A stretch of 64,000 bases of DNA from Macrostomum lignano (lineage: Eukaryota), in the NCBI GenBank assembly GCA_002269645.1, contig NIVC01004007.1, forward strand, positions 1-64,000, given 5' to 3'. The notes under the pieces were generated by a model. That model saw only the letters and a program-made list of their open reading frames with translations. It did not search any database and was not told the origin of the DNA. Shown piece after piece: positions 11,359-22,700 of the stretch. The translations under genes were made by a program, and so were the position numbers. The number at the start of each line of letters is the position of its first letter. The first letter of the stretch is position 1.

Positions 11359-12884
11359 CAGGAAGATCGTGATAATTTCCCCGTTGGTAGGTTTCGTTGC
11401 AAGCCTACCAACTGCTCCGCAAGCTTGGATCGGAGCATTTCCAACTCGCCATCTAAAGAACTTTAGATTAGCAATACTTTGCAGCAGATTAGCAATACCA
11501 TATAAAAGTCGATAAAAACTAGTCCAAAGGAATTTAACTAATGAGATAAGAAGAAATGAAATTGACCTCAACTAACTTGAGCTTGATTAACACGTGGATC
11601 AACTTAGAGCACAATATACATTACTTTTTTCATTGTCAACTCTGAAGTTCAGAAGGTGGGAAGATGGTCAATTTGCAACAGGATCTAAATGTGTAAAAGC
11701 GCGCATTAAACGGCTTGTGATCGCGTATTGGCTAGTCATAAAATGCTTATTAAATGGCTATTGTCATATAATTAATGCACCATAAATATATATCGTGATT
11801 ACAATGCTGCTCAATAGTCGTTTTTCTCTGGCCCAAATAAATGTCTATGGCCACCCGTGCACTGCGCACACTCGAGGCATAGACATGTAAGCACTCAAAA
11901 CCGACTATTGAACCCCTCATTTATTTTTAGGATATCAGTAGAAAGCGGTGGAAGTAAAAATAACGGAAAACTGACATGCTGCTAGCTTGAAAAAACTACT
12001 TATCAGACTTGTTCAGTAGTGCCTGATGGATCTTACGAAGTCAGACTTTCTGAAACCATATTTTCTTGTCCTGTGCTAGTCCGCTTAGCGAATTCAGAGG
12101 ACACAGCGCGGGAAAAAATTCCTGTCATGCCATGTTCCGATCGAATGAACTGCACAATGAATCCCAGCTTGCGAGGGCATGATAAATACCATTGGGAATC
12201 GTCTAAACATGCACATGGAAGAGACACTCGCACAAATCCATATGGAACTTTCCGGACATTTCTGCACATGACGGACAAAAAGTGTTCAGCCACGTCCCTC
12301 TCTATTGGTTTCTGTCGACGCAGCTTCGGAGATGAAGCATACAGCCTGAAGCAGGCAGAGCTGCGCAAATATTTCCCGGCAGCCGGGGCTTTAGAGGCTT
12401 TGATCTGCTTCAGACGGCAGACAGCAGTCACTCTGGTGTGCGCAACATGCGGCCGTGCCCGCCTCCCGAGTGCAACACATCGCTGGGGGGGGGGGGGCGC
12501 ACTTTGCTATCTCCTCCCGCTTTTTCTATCTTCGAGATTCAAGCGTACACGATGAACTTCATAGCATCCCGCCTGCTGCCCTATCCCGCTCTGTCGCTTT
12601 GAACGCGTTGGTTACGAAAGACTGCGCTGCTCTGGGATCTGCTGCTGCTTGCATGGCTTAGGCCGGGATGGAGGGAGGCTGCAGGAGGGGGGGAAAGATG
12701 ATGAAGCAGCTGGCTTGGCCAAGATAGGAGCCTGGATTTCACTTAGATAATACTACTGCAAGTTTTTGAACGCGCGGAACTGAAAGTAGCGGAGCTTTGT
12801 GGCAACCGAGAAAGCGAGAAGTTTTTATCGCACGATTCTGGTAAGCCTGACTGAATCTGGTTGACACAATCCCAGTCCTAATTC

Positions 12885-12980
12885 TCACAGAAGAGGCAAG
12901 CAGGCAGGCCCGTTTCCACTGACCACTGACCACTGACTTAGGCCCGCACTCACACGGGGTGTACAGCGTCTCTGACCTTG
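12885..12980 (-). mobile_element. SINE family A fragment
   Basis: Minus strand reads CGCTGTACACCCCGTGTGAGTG..GGAAACGGGCCTG, matching the SINE 3' half. Confidence 0.45.
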
Positions 12981-13531
12981 TCAGTGTCTCTTTATTAAAG
13001 ACATGCTTGCCAAGCATTTATGCACAGTTAAAATGAGCGTGACGATTGTGTAGAATATGAGTTTGATTGGCAACAGTCATTAATTATCATAGTTTCTACC
13101 TACACTTGTGTGTCTATTTTTACTCTTTAGTTTTGCTTTCATTCTTCCCCTTCCCCGCGCTACTCAAATTTGACTTCAGCGGGGCGCACAAGTGCTCACG
13201 GGCATGTTGCCAGTGGCAACAGCTGTGCTGCGGAAAGACAATCAAAATTGCAAGGGGGGGGGGGAAAGCCGCTCAAGAGCAAACCCTCCTAGAGGTGATC
13301 TATAAGCGAAGGCTTGCAGACTGGGTCTCATGGCAGCTTGTGTTGGTTTCAATGGCCAGAACGATCAATATTAATACAAGCCTCTGAGCAGTCTGAAAAT
13401 CCCGATTCGCCATCCACCACTTTACTGAGTCCTATTCGGACTACGAAGTAGAAACAGCGTAGACTGTCTGATTTGCTAAAACAGGCTCGCATAATTCCAG
13501 GGGCAAACAGCCAATATCCTGGGCGGAAACT

Positions 13532-16500
13532 ATGAAGATCAACCAGAATCTGATGGACGCGCTCAAAATTAGCGACGAGGAGCTGGAAGGTGAGAGTTTT
13601 GGCTGATTTATTCAAGGTGCTCGTAATGTTGTGAGAAATGAAATTCGAATTTCAGAGCTCAAAGAAGCGTTTGCAATTTTTGACCAAGACAAGTCGGGCT
13701 TCATTGAGCCGCAAGAGCTGCGCCACATCCTGCAAGTGCTGGGCCAGAATCCCACCAAGGCCGAGATTGACAGCATCATAGCCGAAGCAGATGTCATTGG
13801 TGAGAGCCTGTTTTTTGAGTTCGTGACTGTCTGAGGTTAGCTAGTTCGTCGAGGGGGGGGGCGCAAATTCCAGCTGACCCCCGAGCATGCACGCACACGG
13901 GATATGTACACAGGCACACGCTCACAGAGGGTGTACAGCAGCGGCCCCGACTTTCCTTGTGCTTTTGGGGTTGGCTTTCATAGGCCATGAATCCCACGAC
14001 AAACCCCAGGCTAATTTTCGTGCACGAATCCCAAATTAATGTGGGTTCAGCCGTGTTATCGTTGAGCTGCTCTACTCCTGGTCACCCTAAACCCCACACT
14101 AAACCCCCACAAAAACGCAGTTATTGACGGCAAGATCGACTTTAATGAGTTCGCGCGAATTATGAAGAGCAACTACAAATTCAAGTCGGCCAGCGAGATG
14201 GACAATGAGCTCATGTCGGCGTTTCAGGTTGGTGCTACTACTACTTGAGTGTCGTTAAGACCGTCAAATATGTTAGGAACGTAAAATACAAGGACCCTTA
14301 ACTTACCGCTGTCTTAAAAATAGCAAATCTTTACTGTCTCAACTAGGTATTTGATCGCGACAGCAACGGCTACATCAGCCGGCAGGAGCTGGAGTTTGTG
14401 CTCACCTCAATCGGGGAGCGACTCACTAGCGAGGAGGTGGACGAGATGTTTCGCTTTGCTGATACAAACGAGGATGGAAGGATCAGTTATAAAGGTGATT
14501 ATGTCTACCGTAGATGCTAGTACCAACAATCCCACAATGTCTAGAAGCCAGTCCCAACAGCCCACAATGTCTAGAAGCCAGTCCCAACAAGCCCACAATG
14601 TCTAGATGCCAGTCTCAGCAATCACACAATGTATAGATTCCGGTCCCAACAGCCCACAATGTCTAGATGCCAGTCCCAACAGCCCACAATGTCTAGAAGC
14701 CAGTCCCAACAAGCCCACAATGTCTAGATGCCAGTCCCAACAATCCCACAATGTATAGATGCCAGTCCCAACAATCCCACAATGTATAGATTCCAGTCCC
14801 ACAAGCCCACAATGTCTAGATGCCAGTCCCAACAGCCCACAATGTCTAGAAGCCAGTCCCAACAGCCCACAATGTCTAGAAGCCAGTCCCAACAGCCCAC
14901 AATGTCTAGAAGCCAGTCTCAGCAATCACACAATGTATAGATTCCAGTCCCACAAGCCCACAATGTCTAGATGCCAGTCCCAACAGCCCACAATGTCTAG
15001 AAGCCAGTCCCAACATCCCACAATGTCTAGATGCCAGTCCCAACAGCCCACAATGTCTAGAAGCCAGTCCCAACAGCCCACAATATCTAGAAGCCAGTAC
15101 CAACAGCCCACAATGTATAGATGCCAGTCCCAACAGCCCACAATGTCTAGATGCCAGTCCCAAAGACTCCACAATGTCTAGATGCCAGTTCCAACAATCC
15201 CACAATGTATAGATTCCAGTCCCAACAAGCCCACAATGTCTAGATGCCAGTCTCAGCAATCACACAATGTATAGATTCCAGTCCTAACAGCCTCTCAATG
15301 TCTAGATGCCAGTCCCAAGGACTCCACAATGTCTAGATGCCAGTTCCAACAATCCCACAATGTATAGATTCCAGTCCCAACAAGCCCACAATGTCTAGAT
15401 GCCAGTCTCAGCAATCACACAATGTATAGATTCCAGTCCTAACAGCCCCTCAATGTCTAGATGCCAGTCCCAAGGACTCCACAATTTCTAGATGCCAGTC
15501 CCAACAAGCCCACAATGTCTAGATGCCAGTCTCAGCAATCACACAATGTATAGATTCCAGTCCCAACAAGCCCACAATGTCTAGATGCCAGTCTCAGCAA
15601 TCACACAATGTATAGATTCCAGTCCTAACAGCCCCTCAATGTCTAGATGCCAGTCCCAAGGACTCCACAATTTCTAGATGCCAGTCCCAACAAGCCCACA
15701 ATGTCTAGATGCCAGTCTCAGCAATCACACAATGTATAGATTCCAGTCCCAACAGCCCCTCAATGTCTAGATGCCAGTGCCAAGGACTCCACAATGGCTA
15801 GATGCCAGTCCCAACAATCCCACAATGTATAGATTCCAGTCCCAACAAGCCCACAATGTCTAGATGCCAGTCTCAGCAATCACACAATGTATAGATTCCA
15901 GTCCTAACAGCCCCTCAATGTCTAGATGCCAGTCCCAAGGACTCCACAATTTCTAGATGCCAGTCCCAACAAGCCCACAATGTCTAGATGCCAGTCTCAG
16001 CAATCACACAATGTATAGATTCCAGTCCCAACAAGCCCACAATGTCTAGATGCCAGTCTCAGCAATCACACAATGTATAGATTCCAGTCCTAACAGCCCC
16101 TCAATGTCTAGATGCCAGTCCCAAGGACTCCACAATTTCTAGATGCCAGTCCCAACAAGCCCACAATGTCTAGATGCCAGTCTCAGCAATCACACAATGT
16201 ATAGATTCCAGTCCTAACAGCCCCTCAATGTCTAGATGCCAGTCCCAAGGACTCCACAATTTCTAGATGCCAGTCCCAACAAGCCCACAATGTCTAGATG
16301 CCAGTCTCAGCAATCACACAATGTATAGATTCCAGTCCCAACAGCCCCTCAATGTCTAGATGCCAGTGCCAAGGACTCCACAATGGCTAGATGCCAGTCC
16401 CAACAGCCCTACAATGTCTAGATGCCAGTACCAACAGCCCTACAATGTCTAGATATTCCAGTACCAACAATCCCACAATGTCTAGCTAGAATGCCTAGCA

Positions 16501-16577
16501 TGAATAGATGCTGTTCAACCACCATTGCAGAATTCGTGGTACTTTTCAACCACTCGTTCAAGGGCAGCTTTGCTTGA
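13532..16577 (+). CDS. Calmodulin-like 4-EF-hand protein; exons 13532-13589, 13656-13799, 14121-14227, 14347-14494, 16531-16577
   Basis: Phase-compatible GT-AG introns give [99 protein letters not shown]1, EF3 and EF4 are canonical. An N-terminal extension from an upstream exon cannot be excluded. Confidence 0.9.
13870..14035 (-). mobile_element. SINE family A partial copy in calmodulin-like intron 2
   Basis: Minus strand reads ATTAATTTGGG..GCCAACCCCCAAAAGCAC..GGGGCCGCTGCTGTACACCC..TGCTCGGGGG, homologous to 32971-33291. Confidence 0.65.
14520..16485. repeat. Minisatellite, 30-31 bp unit CCCACAATGTCTAGATGCCAGTCCCAACAG, filling calmodulin-like intron 4
   Basis: About 65 tandem units with recurring variant order. 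Confidence 0.97.
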
Positions 16578-17469
16578 AATTCTTCCGTCTTAGAGCACCG
16601 ACATGCAAATCTGAATTGACGATAATAGCTCCGCCGTGCTTCTAAACATAATTTTAACTCAATATTTGCATGCCTATTTACTATTATCGTCTAGCTTACA
16701 TAATCTTTCTTTGTAAAAGCTATCCTGACCATTTGGCATCGACAATACGCTAAATTAGTGCTCTTAAATCTGCTTATATATAAAAAAATTCTAGGTAAAA
16801 GTACCATCACAGACTGATAGTCGATTGACAGCTAAATACTGTAATATTTCAGAATTTTTGTTTGCTCTACTGAAAATAAATTAAATAAACAAGGGAAATT
16901 AACCTTCATGATGAAGTTTCATAACATAATATTCTATTATCTGCACTTTGTGAATCACAGTTGAGTAATAAACATATGATTAGTGTTGCAATCTATTTTA
17001 ATTATTATATATTAAATTATTAAATAAATTCGCTCTTGTCTCGGGCAAAAGAAAAAGATTGGGTTGGATACAAAAAAACCTATGTGCACTACTGCCCTGT
17101 AAATTCTAGTAGTATTAATAGAAATGAATTCAACTAGTAAAGCTAGGCGACAATGCCCTAATGGTTTATTAATAATATAACAAATTAAACAGCGCACAAC
17201 AGCAAAATCAGCTTGCAGGCTAGCACAAATTATTCAAATAAAAATGAGAGAATTGTAAATTACTATTTACCAACAGCAGAAAGCATTTTCCGCCCTGAAG
17301 ACATGGACCCTATAAACTTGTCCTGTGCTTATACGCCACTTACAAACTCAGTACTAATATACTCGTAGAATACACAAGGAATGGTTGCCATTGCCACTGT
17401 ATACTGACTCCTGTGCCAGTATATACTGTTATAACAGAACTGCTTTGATATTTTTAGCTGTCTTTAATC

Positions 17470-18245
17470 TTATCATGATCTGTCTGTCTAGGCGCTAGAC
17501 CTCAGTCTGGTCTAATCTCATCTTGATATGTCTAGGCGCCAGATCTCAGTCTGGTCTAATCTCATTATGATCTATCCGTCTAGGCGCTAGATCTCAGTCT
17601 GATCTAATCTCATCATGACCTATCTGTCTAGGCGCTAGATCTCAGTCTGATCTTATCTCATCATGATCTGTCTAGGCGCCAGATCTCAGTCTGGTCTAAT
17701 CTCATTATGATCTATCCGTCTAGGCGCTAGATCTCAGTCTGATCTTATCTCATCATGATCTGTCTAGGCGCCAGATCTCAGTCTGGTCTAATCTCATTGT
17801 GATCTATCCGTCTAGGCGCTAGATCTCAGTCTGATCTAATCTCATCATGATCTGTCTAGGCGCTAGATCTCAGTCTGGTCTAATCTCATCATGATCTATC
17901 TATCTAGGCGCTAGATCTCAGTCTGATCTTATCTCATCATGATCTGTCTAGGCGCCAGATCTCAGTCTGGTCTAATCTCATTATGATCTATCCGTCTAGG
18001 CGCTAGATCTCAGTCTGATCTAATCTCATCATGATCTGTCTAGGCGCTAGATCTCAGTCTGGTCTAATCTCATCATGATCTATCTATCTAGGCGCTAGAT
18101 CTCAGTCTGATCTTATCTCATCATGACCAATCTGTCTAGGCGCTAGATCTCAGTCTGATCTTATCTCATCATGATCTGTCTAGGCGCTAGATCTCAGTCT
18201 GGTCTAATCTCATCATGATCTATCTGTCTAGGCGCTAGATCTCAG
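17470..18245. repeat. Minisatellite, 44/48 bp units (TCTAGGCGCTAGATCTCAGTCTGGTCTAATCTCATCATGATCT..)
   Basis: TAGGCGC recurs at 17489, 17533, 17581, 17629, 17673 and onward. Confidence 0.95.
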
Positions 18246-18749
18246 TTAAATATAATAATCTAGCTAAGCATTTCAGTTTACTTGGGCACTAATCTAATCT
18301 CACTAAAGCCTAGTCTCCAATTGACCTTGATCTGAATAGCATCGAATACCAGAACAACACACTGAGGAACTGCCATTGAATTCACAATCATAGCTCGTAG
18401 TACATACAATAAGAAAAACGGAAAACAAAAGTGACCAGTCCGAAGAAGAATGACGGAAACAAAAAATGTATATGAGAAACAATGAGAACGCATTCGGGAG
18501 CTAAAAATAAGATTATAGAATTACAGGCATAAATGAGAGGAAAGTGTCAAGTCGCAGCGGTTAGTGCATAATCAGGGTAGCCATTATCATATATCTGCAT
18601 CTGGGATGTATCAATAGAAATATATATATATAGTAATATATGCATCTGTAAAACACATGGTTGCGAGTGTAATATACTATATACGAGAGAAACGGAAAGA
18701 ACAACATTGAAAAAGTTATGTGCAATAATATTATGCCTGGAAAGAGCCG

Positions 18750-19190
18750 CATCTCCGCGCTAAATTCAATAACTTGAATGGGGGCATAAAATCAGATCTT
18801 ATTGGGGGCGCCATTTCCGCGCTAAAATCAGATCTTATTGAGGGAGCCATTGCGGCGCTAAATTCAGTCTTATTATGAGCGCCATTTTGGCGCTAAATTC
18901 AATTTTATTGGAGGCGCCATTCCGGCGCTAAACACAATCTCGTTAAAGGCGCCATTTCCGCGCCAAGTTCAATCTTATTGGGAGTGCCATTTCTAAGCTA
19001 AGTTCAGTATTATTGGAGGCGCCATTTCCGCGCTAATTTGGACCTTATTGTGAGCGCCATTTCGGCGCTAAATTAAATCTTATTTGGGCGCTTTTTCCGC
19101 GATATTTGGGGTCTCATAGAGGGCGCCATTTCCGCGCTAAATAGGGTCTGATTAAGGCGCTACTTCCGCGCCAAACAAGATGTCAGTAGG
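18750..19190. repeat. Diverged ~35-bp array with conserved core GCGCCATTTCCGCGCTAAA
   Basis: About 12 units; the core is conserved and the intervening ~16 nt is variable but usually retains TTATT. Confidence 0.85.
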
Positions 19191-19422
19191 GCATTTTAAA
19201 AACAGATTCGGCGCACCACAACACGGGCGCTTAACACAGCGCACGTTGCGCAACAAATGGGGTCCACCGAAAGGTAAAAAATATAGAGAGAAAAAAATCA
19301 AAGTTCGCGCGGCCTAGCTCTGTCGTTGAGCAACTACTACTAAGTAGGTTAGTACGAATCAATGTAAATAATAATATACCGCCTACTGCGACTAGAGAAT
19401 CGACGCATAGAAATCTGATGAT

Positions 19423-19713
19423 TCAAGCGGAAATAAGCGAGTCCATTGGGCGCAGTTTGACTGTGCCATCGCAGCCGCACGAGAACAGATAGCAATGCCC
19501 GTCTCTGGTGCACAGTTCCAATCGTTGTACGCCCTGGTCAGAGGCTGAGCGCAGCAAAGAACGCGGCGCCACGTGCTCGTCGCGGAAGCAGGCAAGCGGC
19601 TCGTGGGCGCCAAGGCGCCAGGCGCGGACGGAACCGTCAGCGGAGCCGGTGAGCAGGAGGCGCTCGCTAGGATCGACGCACAGGGTGGTCACCGCCGAGT
19701 TCGGCTCGTGCGC
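19423..19713 (-). CDS. DMXL1: DMXL exon 13 (final WD40, stop)
   Basis: Acceptor ATGCAG; [29 protein letters not shown]; TGA at 19425-19423. Confidence 0.92.
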   Translation of the reverse strand, partial: AHEPNSAVTTLCVDPSERLLLTGSADGSVRAWRLGAHEPLACFRDEHVAPRSLLRSASDQGVQRLELCTRDGHCYLFSCGCDGTVKLRPMDSLISA

Positions 19714-22700
19714 CTGCATTGCGAAACAATATTGGGTTCCCGTTGATTGAAAACTACTGCAAAATGCGCATATTTCTACTTATAGTAGCTGGTCAGAGAA
19801 TTGAAAATGTGCGTCAATACTACTGACTAAATGAGAACATTAGTAATATACTCAGATATCAACATCGCTAATTGTTCATGACACAGGTGACACTTTCTGT
19901 GCGCTTATTCTGAAAACAGGTGACACTTTCTGTGCGCTTATTCTGAAAACAGGTGACACTTTCTGTGCGCTTATTCTGAAAACAGGTGACACTTTCTGTG
20001 CGCTTGTCCTGAAAACAGGTGACACTTTCTGTGCGCTTATTCTGAAAACAGGTGACACTTTCTGTGCGCTTGTCCTGAAAACAGGTGACACTTTCTGTGC
20101 GCTTATTCTGAAAACAGGTGACACTTTCTGTGCGCTTGTCCTGAAAACAGGTGACACTTTCTGCACGCTTGTCCCGGGAACAGATGACACTTTCTGTGCG
20201 CTTGTCCCGGGAACAGATGACACTTTCTGCACGCTTGTCCCGGGAACAGATGACACTTTCTGCACGCTTGTCCCGGGAACAGATGACACTTTCTGCACGC
20301 TTGTCCCGGAAACAGATGACACTTTCTGCACGCTTCTCCCGGGAACAGATGACACTTTCTGCACGCTTGTCCCGGGAACAGATGACACTTTCTGCACGCT
20401 TGTCCCGGGAACAGATGACACTTCTGCACGCTTCTCCCGGGAACAGATGACACTTTCTGCACGCTTGTCCCGGGAACAGATGACACTTTCTCTGTATGCC
20501 CACCAATTCGCGTAAAATATCGCGTATTTAATCTACCCAGCGATCCTATTAGGCAGAAAAGCGCATTCCAAGAGCTAACCTGAAAAGCGTGCCTAACGGC
20601 CGCCTTGCGCAGGTCGAGCAGGGCCACGCCGCCTTTGGCTGTGCCGGCTAGCAACAGTTGGCGCTGCGGCGCGTAGGCCAGCGAAGTGCAACCGGCCTGC
20701 AGAGCCGGATCGAAGAAGCGCTGCACAACGGACTTCTCAACTGGGAGCAGAGTGTCCAGAGGGCCGCGTTCGCCTCCGATTCGGCGCCCGTGCCGCCAGT
20801 GGCATACAGAGTTGAACAGCCGGCGAATAGCAGGTCGGAACAGCCGCGCGAGTGCCCGCGCCACACCCTGTAGGGCTTGTCCGACTCGGCGCCGCCGCCA
20901 CCGCCGGCGCCCACAATGCTGCGCCAGTGCCACAGGGACACGTAGCCTTCGCTGTCGCCAACGGCGAATCGATTGCCGTAAACGTTGAAACGCAGGGCGG
21001 TGACTCGGCCGCCTACGCTGATACTGCCCGGCTTGGTTAGCGGGGCCCGGTGCGACCATTCGTAGCAGTCGATGGCGCCGGAGGCCGAGCCGAATAGGTA
21101 GTTGTGCCTGTCAGGGTGGGCCGCCACCTGGAATGCGGGATAACTAGTGAGTATTAGTGCCAGTAGGCTGCTCAATGGGATAATCAGTAGGCTGCTCAAT
21201 GGGATAACCAGTAGGCTGCTCAATGGGATAACCAGTAGGCTGCTCAATGGGATAACCAGTAGGCTGCTCAATGGGATAACCAGTAGGCTGCTCAATGGGA
21301 TAACCAGTAGGCTGCTCAATGGGATAACCAGTAGGCTGCTCAATGGGATAACCAGTAGGCTGCTCAATGGGATAACCAGTAGGCTGCTCAATGGGATAAC
21401 CAGTAGGCTGCTCAATGGGATAACCAGTAGGCTACTCAATGGGATAACCAGTAGGGCTGATCAATGGGATAATCACTAGGGCTACTCAATTGGATAATCA
21501 GTAGGCTGCTCAATGGGATGATCAGTAAGACTGCTCAATGGGATAATCAGTAAGACTGCTCAATGGTATAATCAGTAAGACTGCTCAATGGGATAATCAG
21601 TAAGACTGCTCAATGGGATAATCAGTAAGACTGCTCAATGGGATAATCAGTAAGACTGCTCAATGGGATAATCAGTAGGCTGCTCAATGGGATAATCAGT
21701 AGGCTGCTCAATGGGATAATCAATAAGACTACTCAATGGGATAATCAGTAAGACTGCTCAATGGGATAATCAGTAGGCTGCTCAATGGGATAATCAGTAG
21801 GCTGCTCAATGGGATAATCAATAAGACTACTCAATGGGATAATCAGTAAGACTGCTCAATGGGATAATCAATAAGACTGCTCAATGGGATAACCAGTAGG
21901 CTGCTCAATGGGATAACCAGTAGGCTACTCAATGGGATAACCAGTAGGGCTGATCAATGGGATAATCACTAGGGCTACTCAATTGGATAATCAGTAGGCT
22001 GCTCAATGGGATGATCAGTAAGACTGCTCAATGGGATAATCAGTAAGACTGCTCAATGGTATAATCAGTAAGACTGCTCAATGGGATAATCAGTAAGACT
22101 GCTCAATGGGATAATCAGTAAGACTGCTCAATGGGATAATCAGTAAGACTGCTCAATGGGATAATCAGTAAGACTGCTCAATGGGATAATCAGTAAGACT
22201 GCTCAATGGGATAATCAGTAGGCTGCTCAATGGGATAATCAGTAGGCTGCTCAATGGGATAATCAATAAGACTACTCAATGGGATAATCAGTAAGACTGC
22301 TCAATGGGATAATCAGTAGGCTGCTCAATGGGATAATCAGTAGGCTGCTCAATGGGATAATCAATAAGACTGCTCAATGGGATAATCAGTAAGACTGCTC
22401 AATGGGATAATCAGTAAGACTGCTCAATGGGATAATCAGTAGGCTAACCAACACACAGGTTAAGAGCCTTAGCGAAAAGGCAGAGCAACATTGTGAAAAA
22501 GGTTACTCTACCTGTCGCGGCTTCGGCAAAGAGCGACGCGTAATGAGCCTGGCCGGCCAGCCCTTGATGACGCTGGAAGAAAGGGTTGGCACCGGGGTGA
22601 CGCCAGGCACGGCGAAGCTGGTCAACAGGCGAGGCAGCTGGTCGGAATCCAGCTGGCCGACAGCGTCGCCAACAAACCCGCCGGCGCCAGCGACTGTGGC

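Noticed and set aside
12019-12555. Overlapping 178-aa (+) and 132-aa (-) ORFs
   Set aside because: No recognisable motif, non-ATG starts and no supported splice structure; cannot be called.
14351-15259. Repetitive ORFs in the calmodulin-like intron (also 19868-20506, 21147-21479, 35651-36088, 39109-39756, 54641-56223, 59551-59928)
   Set aside because: All are read-throughs of tandem repeats inside introns or intergenic arrays.
18750-19190. CRISPR-like repeat/spacer appearance (also the 56-bp array at 33355-34978)
   Set aside because: Eukaryotic context, no cas genes, and the spacers are homologous to each other or absent.
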